From Stylophora pistillata (lineage: Eukaryota): a DNA stretch of 45,125 bases. The position numbers were made by a program, and so were the translations under genes. The DNA lies in NCBI RefSeq assembly GCF_002571385.2, contig NW_019217784.1, forward strand, positions 2,744,488 to 2,789,612, given 5' to 3'. Positions within the stretch are counted from its first letter, which is position 1. Each line of letters starts with the position of its first letter. Below are positions 20,495 through 32,500 of the stretch, in pieces. A model generated the notes under the pieces. It saw nothing but the letters and a program-made list of their open reading frames with translations, had not been told where the DNA came from and searched no databases.

Positions 20495-23400
20495 CCACCG
20501 GATTACCATTACAAAACGTGAGCAAGCACGAGAGCAGATTTTAGAAGGAGGTTCGCGCAACGTTCGGTTTGGTCGCGTTTCAACTGTTGGAAAGAGGCCT
20601 CCTAGTGCACCATGAATTTTGTCTTTTCAGGAGTATGACAGAAGTTAGCGATCGTGGTATAAAACTGACATATTGATTAAAAATCCCTCCATTCGATATT
20701 TCATTCACACCGCTCACGGTTCCGACAAGCCTTCAGCGGTTTTTTTTTTTTTTTTTCTTTTTTTACCTTCTTTTTTCCCGTCGGATGATATTTTAAGAAA
20801 CATAATTGGTTTCGCCTCCTTTGCCGCTGGCGAAATCACGTGCCATAAAAAACCTTTGTCTGCTTATAATGACTAATAAGGTAGGACGTGCAGGTAGTGA
20901 TCTCTCTCTCGAATAATCGCGAAAATATTGGATCTCAAGAAAATTCCCTTCACCAAATTAATTTATACGCAGTGGTCACATACCGGGTTAAAAGTTACAG
21001 AAAGGAACTGTTGTATTCCAGAAATCTTCCCTCCCTTTGAAAGGAAGTTTGAGACGGTCTGACTTCGAGTGAAATTTGAGCAGGGATGCTTGCGCGCTCG
21101 TCAGAATCGTTTAGAATGATATTGGACTATCTCTGAAAATTCCTTTAAGCTAGCAGATTTATGCAAACTACGACTGGAATCTCCATCTAGTAAGTGGTAT
21201 CTCCCCAGTTTAAAAAACGTTTCTCAGTTTGGGTTCTGTCCTGGTGTACCGGTTCACAAGGGAATTACCATTGTTCTTTCTTTGTTTAGGAGTTATCGGT
21301 TAGCTATTGTGTATTGTTTGGTCTTTTGTATTGGCTCTTGTGAACCGGTACACGAGGACAGAACCTCAGTTTGCTTCATTCTGAAGTCTTTAAACTGTAG
21401 AGAGTATAGAAACTCCTATTTTGGATTAAAGACTGTTTTAAATACATCTCGAAAATATTTCTATAAGCTTAAAATACAAGGGAAAGAAGAAAAATAAACC
21501 AAAGGAAGAAATCAAGAAAAGCGAGCTCGTAACTTATCTCATGGTTAGGAGAGGTTATCTCTTCTGGATCGTGACTGAAACTTTCACAAGGGCTGTCACG
21601 TACCGCGCAGCTTGCGTGAATTCCCACGGGGATGCCTGTCGGGCGGATCCCCTTTCATTTGTTCCAGCCTTTGTGCTGTTGAAAAGGAATATTTTCTTTC
21701 CGGTAATTTCCTGTTGATTTTTTTTTATTACATTGCTTCCGGGCTTTTGGCGGCAAGCAGAAAACAAACAATAAATCAGTCATTTAAAACAGCGTGAGAA
21801 ACAAATGGCAAAGTGGAGGGGTTTTTTTACTTTGCCAAAAACCATCGATATGACTAAAATTATCAACGTACCGAGAAAAGGCAAAAAAACGAAATGTAAA
21901 ACATGACGTGGATTCTTCGCGTCTCATTCAATCACGCTCAAAAGTTTCATTCTCGGACTCACGGGTGAAAGTACATTTCGCACGCAAGTTATCATTCCAG
22001 ACCATGAGAGCAGAGCAATGAAAAGTTTTACAAAACTTTTCTTAAAGGCTCCTGCTGATCACGCAGATCATTTTAGCCCTGCCTCGCACTGTTGTAACGG
22101 GATTCTGCTGTGAGGTTATCTTTTTCCCACACCTGGGCTTCTGTTATTCAATCCTACTGCACTATACAGCAAAACAAAGACTCTCTTTTTGTCAGATAGA
22201 TAGGTTATTAGATTGTGAAACCATTTTGTGCGTGCTTGTAAACAAAGCTCTTGAGAATCGTCTTTGCAGTGTCAAGCCAATCTTAGCGGATTAGCTTTTA
22301 CAACTCCGCCAGGGTACAGTTCAAGTGCTTTTGGAGACAAGGCAGAAGTTGTCACATGGACAAATCTCGCTACTGAGTCATAACCTCTGAAAAAAAGATT
22401 TATAGAATTTCCTCTAACCAGGAAACCATGCAAAAACCTGGGGCTGAAGCGGTCGAGGCAGAGTAAACAAACAATGAATTTACAATCCGCCGGACAAATA
22501 CAATTTTTTGTAAAGGCATGTTAAGCAAATTTAGCGGTTTTTCGGTTTCTATGATTAGCTATAACATAAATATCAGTATCTTTTAAAGCTGGTCTAATAT
22601 CACCCTTATATTTGAAAGCGTGGGAGGCAATGAACTACCGCCGTCTGTGCTTCGCTTCGTCCACGAATTTTTTAATTCATCGTCGTGTATTCAATATATC
22701 TGCGTATTGTTCTAAATATTTGAACAACAAATTTACGTTTTGACCCCGAATAGTGACCAAGACAGAATTTCTCCTTACGATATCAATACAATATCAAGCA
22801 GACAAGTGATGAGAATAAAAAAAAACAAATCTTAGTGAGGGGATTGCTAGTTGATGTAAAACTGAACACATAAAACTAGGCTTTATAAGAGTTGTGTGAT
22901 AGACAGTAAGGAGAAGTACTATTTAGATCTTGGGAGTGAAAAGGTTAAAAAGAGAAGACTTCAGTACCGTTGGCGAAACTCAGAAACACAATTACAAGCA
23001 AGTTTTTAATAGTGTTAATACGTTTTAATAAATTGGCCTGTGTAATAACATGTGCTTCTTATAATTCGACACCAGTCACCCTGATCGCTTGATTGATTTT
23101 GACGAAAGGGGTCTGGGTACTAATGTAAGAGTTTTATTTGAAGATTAAGATGGCGGGCTAGTAGATGATAATTTACTCATCAGCTTCAGCAAGTGACAAA
23201 GACGCTGTATGTTCTAATGCTACCCAAGAAAGAGGCAGACTCTGCCGATCCGAACCAGGAGCTCCCAGCCTCCAGAAACCGTTAACCGCACACGCCGAAC
23301 CAATTTTGATATATTATAAGCTGAGAGCGGCTGCAGACCTACATTCCAATCATTTTGGTTGATTCGGTAAGCATGTTGCGAATTAAGAACATCGACTGAT

Positions 23401-24146
23401 TCATGCGCCGTTCCTGGCATGTTTCCGATGTATGAACCGAAATATATTTTTTTTTCTCTCTCTCTCTCTCTCTCTCCCACCATCTTTAAATTTTGCCGCC
23501 AAAACCGCCATGTCCAGGTCCCCACGGAATATTCATTCTTGTTGGATGGAGCGTCTTGACCTTGAACAACAAAAAACTGCCCCTTCTGGAACTTTGAGTT
23601 TCTGACAATCACCCTTCCTCTGATATTCCCCCCGCTTCTACTTCGCCCCTCCCCCTGACAGAAACTTCTCAAAAAGATATACAAAGAACATAATGACGAT
23701 GCTGTGAGATTACAATGCAAATGTTATAAATTTTAGTTTACGTTAAGTTGCAAAAAGTATATCAAAAAATAAGTTATTACATCACGGGCGACGAGCCGGG
23801 CAAGAAAAAATAGTCCGAAATAAGAGTGGTCAGCGGTGAATAGCTTTAACCTCTCATGTAGAGACAAATCATTTGTAGTTTGCAGAAAACTTCTTTACAT
23901 AAAAAGTTAAAAAAAAATTCAAAAGCATGGACTGTACAAATACTTTTATTGCTGTAGTAACCAAGAAAAGCATCAGGTAAGGCGTCAGTGGCTTCGAGGA
24001 AAGCACCAAGAAGTATGATATTTGCTGTGTGACGAAAAAAAATGTATTATGACTTCCGGTTGTCAAAAATTGTCAATCAAATTTGGCGCGAATTTGGTTT
24101 CCGCATTGTAGTTCGTCTGTTCCGGAAAATGTTACTAAGGATGAAG

Positions 24147-24220
24147 CAACCTCGTTCCCAGGGTCTCTCATCTTCCCGCCCCCTTGAGCGGGAAGATGAG
24201 AGACCCTGGGAACGAGGTTG
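24147..24220. mobile_element. 74-bp hairpin micro-MITE with perfect 9-bp TSD (Mutator-like)
   Basis: CAACCTCGTTCCCAGGGTCTCTCATCTTCCCGC-loop-GCGGGAAGATGAGAGACCCTGGGAACGAGGTTG; TSD AGGATGAAG at 24138-24146 and 24221-24229. Confidence 0.92.
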
Positions 24221-24677
24221 AGGATGAAGACCAAAAGCTAACAACGTTGAGAGATTTAGAGATCGACTTTTTGAAAGAAGAGCAGCTTGTTGAAGGCGAT
24301 TATTGCTTCGGATATTTCATAGGCAACAGCGCAGCGATGGATGATTTATTATTCCCATATTCATTAATGATTGAAGAGGGTAACAACCAATAAATGAGGC
24401 ATATTTGGGTCACTTGCATGAACATTGATATCCAATGAACACTCCAAGGAAAATTTTTGATCTGAGGTGAAACATGGTTCTGATCTCAGTTCAAACACTT
24501 GTATTTTAATGAGCGTTTTTCACAATTAATACATCGCTAACAACAATTCCAAATATGACCTAAATATCATTCCATGAACAGTCTTTGTTGGATATCCCTC
24601 CCCCAACTTCTTGGCCACCTCCACCACAGTTTTTGAGAGTTATTGTCACTCTGCTGCCTTACGTCTCTACATGATGT

Positions 24678-24756
24678 CAACCTCGTTCCCAGGGCCTTTT
24701 CCCTTAGTTGGGGCTCCACCCACCAACAAAGGGAAAAGACCCTGGGAACGAGGTTG
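24678..24756. mobile_element. 79-bp micro-MITE with perfect 10-bp TSD
   Basis: Same CAACCTCGTTCCCAGGG TIRs; TSD TACATGATGT at 24668-24677 and 24757-24766. Confidence 0.92.
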
Positions 24757-25721
24757 TACATGATGTATTAAAGCTATTTTACCGCTGACCAGTCATATTT
24801 CAGACTATTTTTCTTACCTGGCTCGCCCGGATAGTGCAGAGCTGAATAATGAAATGCCACGTTTGGGGATATGCGGTCAAAAACGCGGACTCAAGTGTCC
24901 CAGGTCTAAAATTTAGCGAAATTAGCGGAAAATAATTAGGGCTGACCTTTAAAACCGAGGAACTCTGTTTTCGTCGAAGGCACTTTCCTATTTCCAAAGG
25001 TTTAATTAGGGCGGGGGTAAACCTGAAAAAATGCCCATTTTTCAACCATTTTTCATGGCTAGGATTTAATTGAAAACTTAGGCAAACTATATATCCCTGG
25101 AAAGCTTATGACTTGATGATCATGAAAAAGAAATATTTTACACTCCACATGTCAATTGTAATTGGATACCACTCGTTTTATTGTGCCACCTGCTGGATTC
25201 TACCAAGGGTTACTTAAGAAAAGATAACTCCTTCTGGAATTAATGAAAAAAAAATGTTTTTAGTGTCAATTCAAAGAATATATGTTTCTTATGGATTTTT
25301 GATATGTTGAAAACATATGAAATGGTGATCGATTAAATTTGACATAGCAAATCGAAGTAGTGTTTCACTTCATAACTTTGAGTACATAAATCCGTATGAT
25401 GCACGATCCTTCGCAGTAGATAGCGCTATTTATGCAATAGCAAAAATTGAACTTCATATATCCATTGTATCAGTACATAAATCATGTGGAAAATTGCTCT
25501 GCTCATAACTCAGAACTTATCAAGAGGAACAAATGCTGAAAATTTCAGATCATTCAGATAAATTGTTCTCAAGATATCTTTTCTTGAAGACAAAATTATT
25601 GCATAATGAGAAAATAGCCTTTAAACTTACAAATAGTAATCACACTTAGTTTTTTAAATTGTGCAACCATTCTAGTGGCCCAACTGTCCATATTTTGTCT
25701 GCAGGAGTGTCTAAAAGTAAT

Positions 25722-25955
25722 TTAAATGACTCCTGGTTCATATATTACTCCTTCTGCTTCTTGAAAGGCTTCTTACTGACGAGTCCTCAGAAGTTGCTCC
25801 CCTTGATGCTCTCTCTTTTCCTTCTACGTAGCCTGTAAATCAGACTTCATCAATCATTTACTGTCTTTTGCAAGTGCTGCCTCTCTGGTGCATACACCAC
25901 CAAGGATAGATAGCCTCTCCATAATTTTTGTCTTCCATACTACAGCATGGAAGAC
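25722..25955 (-). pseudogene. Transposase C-terminal remnant
   Basis: KIMERLSILGGVCTREAALAKDSK*LMKSDLQAT*KEKREHQGEQLLRTRQ*EAFQEAEGVIYEPGVI*. The ending resembles the EG.xYExG.F tail I recall from invertebrate Kolobok-type transposases. It has three in-frame stops. Confidence 0.6.
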
Positions 25956-26451
25956 AACTCAGTCGTTAATTTCATATTATTTCCCTCACTGGGTCACACT
26001 ACTGGATGTTGGAAGTGGACTGGATTCCTCAGAGGAATTGCACTAAAGGGAAAACTGTGACATCAGCCCTGCTCTAGCACTTTTATCCTCCTTAAGAGTT
26101 AAGTTGCCTAGAAAGACAAATCAAGTAAAAATTTTAAGATAAATCAGGCAAANAGTTTCTTTAGAGTCCGAGTTGCAAAATTTTTCCAATTATTGGAAAG
26201 CTGATTTTCATCCAGGGAAGTGCTCGGAGTTGAGTGGGCGATTTCGTTCTTCAAACTCATCTTCCTGTTTTCGTCTTCCAGTAAAATGTCTTTCTTTTCT
26301 TCCAGTAGACAGATCTACTTCTCTCTCCAGCCATTTTCGAAAACTTTTCCTTTGATTTACTGCTCTATGTACGTTGAATATCACATTCGACTGAAATCCG
26401 GACAAAACTGCCTCTAATTCTATCCCATAAACGTTTTGTCCCATAAATTGA

Positions 26452-26504
26452 AATCCGACTAGATCACGGAGGGTTCAAGTCCATCTGGGGCTCGGATTTT
26501 TTCT
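26452..26504 (+). repeat. tRNA-derived SINE-like head fragment
   Basis: ATCCGACTAGATCACGGAGGGTTCAAGTCCATCTGGGGCTCGGATTTTTTC has a B-box-like GGTTCAAGTCC followed by a T run. There is no A box or complete cloverleaf. Confidence 0.35.
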
Positions 26505-29500
26505 ATTACACTAAAAATTGTTTCACCATAATCGTTTTGTCCCATAAAAACTATTCAAATAAGACTAAATAAAGTGTATCTCGTTAGCTCTTGCCCGCTT
26601 GGCTTAGTTGCCAGAACACCAAGGCATAAACAACTGATAAATTTTGAAAAATGCTATTCTCGTTACCATGGTATCCAAGCCACTAGCCAGAGCGGGAATT
26701 TTAAAATCGCTTAAAAAGGTAAAAATAATGAAAATAAATGGAAAATCATTTTTCCATAGTAAAATTAAATACCCAAAGCTACAAATTCTAAGGAAAACAA
26801 AAAACTGAGTTTTGGAGCAAATTTTAGGTTTACGCCCGCCTTAAAGGGGAAAATTAAGTTATTGAAAATTTTTAGTGGTGTACCAAATTTTTGGAGGTTG
26901 TTCTGTAAAAGAAAAGCGGCAAGGTAAACGACGCCTCTAAGCAACAGAATAGGAAATCAACCATGCGAACGACTCAAAATCCGTGTTTCAGCGGCAAGAC
27001 CTCGCGCATGCGTATACGTTATTCAGCTCTGTCGCTCGTCGCCCGCTTATGTAATAACTACCCCATTTGTAATGGACAAAAAAAATAATTTGTTACTGGC
27101 AGAGGTCGGAAAATTGTCATCCAAAGTTAATTCATGCACTTGAGATTGTGGCTCGTGAGGAAAAGTGTTCATATGTCGTGACACCTCTTGGAAAGAACGA
27201 TCAGTCAGCAGTTGCAAGTGAATTGCTTCGCATGTAAAACCGCCAATCGATTTGGGACACGCACGGTTGGAGGATTTCTTCACTTGTAGGGATTTCACGT
27301 TTAGAAAATGACCGAACCCGCTCACCCCAACTCAACCCATCTCTGCTAGCGCCCTCAGGCTCTGCCGAGAAGCCTATCAGGGTTTTCAGGTAAGTTGCAA
27401 AAATATCATTGATGTTTTAGTGAAAAATAAAATCTAAAAAAAGGTCGTGGCACTCGCGAATCTACAGGTTAGATTTGAATAAAGGGATGGGTTTTGAATC
27501 ACTCTAGGCTTTGGCTAGGCATTGATTGTAAATGTTTTCAAGATATTTCTTTGCCAATGCAAACAACAAAAAACAATGGTATTCCATCAGAATTAACTTA
27601 TTCTTTTCAACAAAATGACATTCTGGAGTGGACTCACGTGTTTATTTTCGTAGACAAAACACGATGTCGCATAAACCTGATTAAAAAAAATCCTAAATTC
27701 GTTACGTAAGTATCTCGTGAAACTTTCCTCACGCGAAGATTTTGTTGTCATGTGGTTATTAGAGGAAAGATGCATGTGTACGTCAAAGCAAGGTAATTGG
27801 GAATCCTCTTGTTTTAAAGTTGATTTTTTTAATATCTTCATTGTGTCCCTCAGTGAAGTTTATAGATATCAATTTGTCTGTGGTAAACAGCGAAGTTTTG
27901 AATTGGAGTTTTCCCGAAATCTAAATCAACAGTTTTGCTATTAACCTTGATGAACAGAAGTAATAAAGTAGATTCCTGATAGCTCGAACCTTCGAGGGAA
28001 ATAAAAAAACGCCCCAAGATATTGAAAGTTGATAGTAGATGGCGGCCCGCTGGTAGCTTAGAAACGCAGCGCTTGTTGAGTTCCTGTTTGCTCTGTGGAT
28101 ATTTTGATCAAATTTTATTTCAGTGTGGAAACGATTAATATTTGTATAAAGAGCGAAGCATTATAGACTATTTCATGCAATTTACTAAGTTGAACGCATC
28201 GTAAACCGGCGTAACCTGAACTAAAGTGGCCGTCAAATCCACGACTTCTCCGTAAAGTCACTGTTTTTGACCACAGTACAGTTTGTCATGAAGTTAAAAT
28301 TGAATAGAAACTCAGCTGAAGGAACTGACGCGGAAATTGCTTTAAGTTAGCGGTACGATTGAGTTACCGAAGGTAAAATTAAAGTAGTTGTATAATGGAC
28401 AATCAAGGGAAGTCAGTATTGGTTTAAGTTAAAGTGTGGTTCTTTAGCCTGTCAAAAGGATAGAAGCTTGTCAAATGTGGACTTGATCAGATTTTTCCGC
28501 TGTCTGAGATAAAATGAATAGCCAAAATTCCTCTAGAGCTGTCACCAACATCCAAACCACGAACCAAAGGCGAGGGACAGCATAACATAAGAGCTGGACT
28601 GGCTCTGAACGTTGGACTCCGGTCTCCTCCCCTCTCTCTTTCGCCCCTCCCCTTATATTTAAAAGAAAACTAAATTTCTTTCCTCGCACCTCCTCTCTCT
28701 GCCCCTAATATACGGCCTGACCTGAAATAATTGACGATAGTACAACTAAGAAAGAGAAATAAAGTTGTAAGGGTCCGTATCTGTGTTTGAACGGATTTTT
28801 CCCCACTGAAAGAGAAACTCCAGAATGCTCAATCAAATGCGTGCGAATTTGCTGTCAAGTAATGACAACATGAGGTTTTCAAAGTGACCCAATAACTACG
28901 TGTCAATGATGTTTTGGCGTCCCTTGGCTTCGAAATCACAAAGGTCACCGGGCGACCCGTTTACTTAAAATTAAGACCGATCCCATGATATTAACCGCGA
29001 CCGACCTTCTTGAAACAAACGGTGTTTTCTTTAGCATGCCTCGTTTTTCCCTTGAAAAGAACGTGTTGTTTAATAAGTAAGAGCTTTACGTGGTCATGAT
29101 CAGCTGCGAAGATAAGATACTTGAGTTTTTTGTTTTATAAAAGGAAAACTATAACCTTTATCAATTAATTTGATATGTCTCCCTCGAAGTTTATAAATAG
29201 CGATTTATTGAAAATGATTGACGACAATAACAGTATCTACGTGGCAATTAAGAAGAACCGTACGAAGAACTGATTCCTACCCTGTAAAAAGAACTGTTAG
29301 TTTAGTTCAAATATGTGAATCATGACTCAATTTCTTTCTGGGAGCTAAAGCTGTGGTTACAGTAAATAGCCGCTCGCTGTTGCCTGTAACGATTTACGAG
29401 AGGGCTTGGAATACATTCATTGTTCGCCTACGTCCACACTTAGTATTTCTTAAATGATTTGTAGTTACAGCCGGTAAATATACCGGTTGCTGCTTCCTGT

Positions 29501-32500
29501 AGCAATGTACTAGAGGTCTTGGACTACATTCATTGTTCGCCTGTTCCCTCATTTCGTATTTCCTAAGTAATTTCCTAAGTAATTTCACTGTCTATGATTT
29601 TATCCAGAAAAGTCAGATTTTTTCCACGTTGGAAAACTGTTTACAGAGGCACTGATATAGAGCAAAATGTACCCATGGTCGAGGTTTGGACCCACGTAAA
29701 TCAACACCGAGTTCCCAGCAAAGCTGGCACTTGAGGGCATCTTTTCAAATCTAAATTACGTAACAGGTCGATCCCTTTAAGAGAAAGAAAGGGATGTAAA
29801 TGCTAAAAACAGTTTGACAACCAAAATTTTAATACTGGATAAATTAACTTTTAAGGCTCAATTTCGTTCCTAGTAATTTTCACTGAATAAACCCGTTTTA
29901 AGCAGAAATGTTCAGCTAGCTTCAGAAACACTGTACAATATGGAAGCAGACACGACCTTTTAAGTAATCCCCTGGCTTTTCCTTGCCTCGATCAGGCTTC
30001 CGCTTTTTTCCTTACTTTCGTTTCGTTTGTTTATTTCTTTCTTTCTTATTTTTTTTCTTCCGAGTGACCCACATTCTTGAGAGAAAAGGCGATGGGAGAC
30101 CAAACATTTTATGAAAATGGCCTGGTTTCTTTACATCTTTACTAAATTTTATAAAGAGATGTATCGTTTGTTTGGCTTTTCAAAGCAGCTCACGCTAATT
30201 ATAGATTTGACTTGTCATTTGTCAGTAGAAAATCATTCTTATCAACAGATTAGGGGATTTTGTAGATTACGATCCGTACGGATCATATCTTGACCAGAGT
30301 AGAAGTGATTTACGAAAAGTCACGAAAATGCAATGCTAAACATGCTAAACTTCAAGGGCTCAATGAAATTCGTTTCTCAGTGTTCGATATTTCTGTCAAA
30401 ATTTCTTTCCGAGCAAATAACGACGTCGTTATTACACTGAAATTAAGGGAAGTTTGTCATACTTTTTACTTTCATGGTAGATGTCTTGATCCTACCAGGT
30501 AAATTGTAATGGAAGAAATCTCAGACAAAAAAAAAATTAAAAACATTTAGGATTCGATAATTTTTCGCACAGGTGCTTCCCAGACATAAGCTGGGCGTTA
30601 TTCAGCGGAGGTACGAAGTCACCTTGTTTTTTTCGTGGGATCTCTGTTCCCTGTTAAGGAATCTTGCCACAAGTAAATAAAAAAAATCATACTGCTGCTT
30701 GTGCATGATGATAAATAGCGTTTTCGATCCTTACAGATCAACTACAGTTGAAAAATTCGAAATTGCAGTAACAAATTTGCTTCAACCCAGACATTTGACT
30801 TCGTGGCTCACGGTTGCTATCAAGGATTTCAAAAAAGCTACGACGAGAACGTAGCGAAACAATAGATTTAATGAGCGGAACAATATATAATGGTACAGAA
30901 CGTGCGTTTCAAACTGCTAGCTATGTACATTATCAAGCTGCCCTGCGTGAAACAGCGACATTAATTCACCAAAAACTATGTGTATTCTGAGAGCAGGCAC
31001 CTCGACGACGAATTACTTACTTTTCTACTTCGAAATCAATGCTGCATTTACATTGCGTGCTAGAGAGGGAATCCTTCTGGTTCTATCAGAGACGGTAAAC
31101 ATGTTGAACTACTCGAGAAATGTTTAGAGAGAAATGGAACTTCGTATTCTAATCGAATTTTTTAATATTTACATTTTTTCAAAACTGTGCGTGACATAAC
31201 CTGATGGCCAGATTAATCTCACTCAGTTCAAAATCTTTATTTTGGCTTCAGATTTTAGGTTTTACTCAATCAGTCAGTCAGCTGCAACGCTAATGTGACG
31301 ATCACCATCACTTACGCTGAGCAAATCCTGTCTGAGCCGAGCCTTGTTCCATCTCTTGAGAGCTATCGACGAAGTTCGTGGTTGAGATCTGAACTTAACA
31401 CTAAGCTGTTTTTTAAAGGTGAGTGAAACGGGATGAGATTTTAAGAAGATTAAGTGAGAGACTTTGACGATCAAGGGAACTTGACCAGCTCTATCATTGT
31501 TTCACTAATTTAGTCGTTTCTGGCAACACGAGGGAAAATGTGCAGCGTGTAATTACACAGGCGTCCCAAGCTAACGTCTCAAGGAAAAGCGAACGATTAT
31601 TTCATAAAAGCGTCACGCTTTATGTGAGGCGGGGTTAAGTTACGCGAGCAACCGTTGAGAACTGAATTTGAATACATTATATGGAATAGTATGGGGAACG
31701 AAATATGGTCCATTTAGAACACTAAATATTCCAAAATATAAACATTTTACATGTAAGATTGATAAAATTTACTCACTCTTTGTGTGTCCGTTGTTGTTTT
31801 TGGAGATTTCTGCTGTTTTGGGCTTGCCTTACCATCACTGTTTTTCCTGTTAGCAGACGACTTCGTTCGATAGTAGAAATAAAGCACATTAGAATAAAAG
31901 ATTTTCTGTATATCGTATCGCATGTGAAAATATTTTCGTGACCGAAGTGTTGTTTGAAATTGAAACAAAGCTCAACGGAACTCGTTCGATTAACTTTGGG
32001 TCTTTGAATGATAACCTCTTTTCCTCATGTGCGAATTATGAATTTTTACACTCGTAAAATTTATGATCAATTTTTGGTTTACAGCCGACGCTAATTGGGA
32101 GAAGTCATTTTCTGACTTTCCAACCTTAGCAACAATCTCGTGGCATTTTCAAGGTTTACATGGTGAAAACGGCAGCCGAGTAAGTTGAAAATTGATAGCG
32201 TGTTTATGTTAGAATGAGCTACGAGAATACATCAGTGCTCTGAATTTGATAATTTCTTTGCGCAAAATTGTTCCTTCGATCGAGAAGAGTGCATATATCG
32301 CGCAATAGAAGTCACTCAAATTTTAATTTGTGTAGAAACATTTCAAAATTTTGAAATAAGTTCACATGCCAAAGTATTTTATGGAAAAATTAAGAGTGCT
32401 GTAACTGCCCTAGAATTCATTTGTATGTTGGGATGTTCAGTGTTTCCATAAACATGGTTTTTCTTCAAGTTCATCAATCGATTTTCGAACAAATTTTAAG

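Larger units (their letters stand above)
23824..24794. mobile_element. Non-autonomous GAG-ended DNA transposon (Sola-like termini) hosting two micro-MITEs
   Basis: The left TIR GAGTGGTCAGCGGTGAATAGCTTTAACCTCTCATGTAGAGAC matches the right TIR read on the - strand, GACTGGTCAGCGGTAAAATAGCTTTAATACATCATGTA[MITE]GAGAC. Flanks are ATAA / ATAT. Confidence 0.75.
25010..26840 (-). mobile_element. Kolobok-like DNA transposon, deletion derivative
   Basis: TIRs GGCGGGGGTAAACCTGAAAA / ATTTTAGGTTTACGCCCGCC, flanked by TTAG and TTAA. A TTAA target with RR termini is typical of Kolobok. A transposase C-terminal remnant lies inside. Confidence 0.75.

Noticed and set aside
23165-23720. 166-aa and 65-aa overlapping ORFs
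   Set aside because: The long ORF runs through a (CT)n microsatellite and a T tract and starts at TTG. Neither ORF resembles a known domain.
26452-26504. tRNA gene
   Set aside because: It has only a B-box-like arm with no acceptor stem or D arm, so it is better explained as a SINE fragment.
27965-28440. Possible old pogo-type MITE
   Set aside because: Only scattered GATAGCTCGAACC / GAGTTACCGAAGG motifs are visible, and ends and TSD cannot be defined.
29412-29585. Direct repeat TACATTCATTGTTCGCCT, about 113 bp apart
   Set aside because: Two diverged copies only, consistent with an ordinary local duplication.
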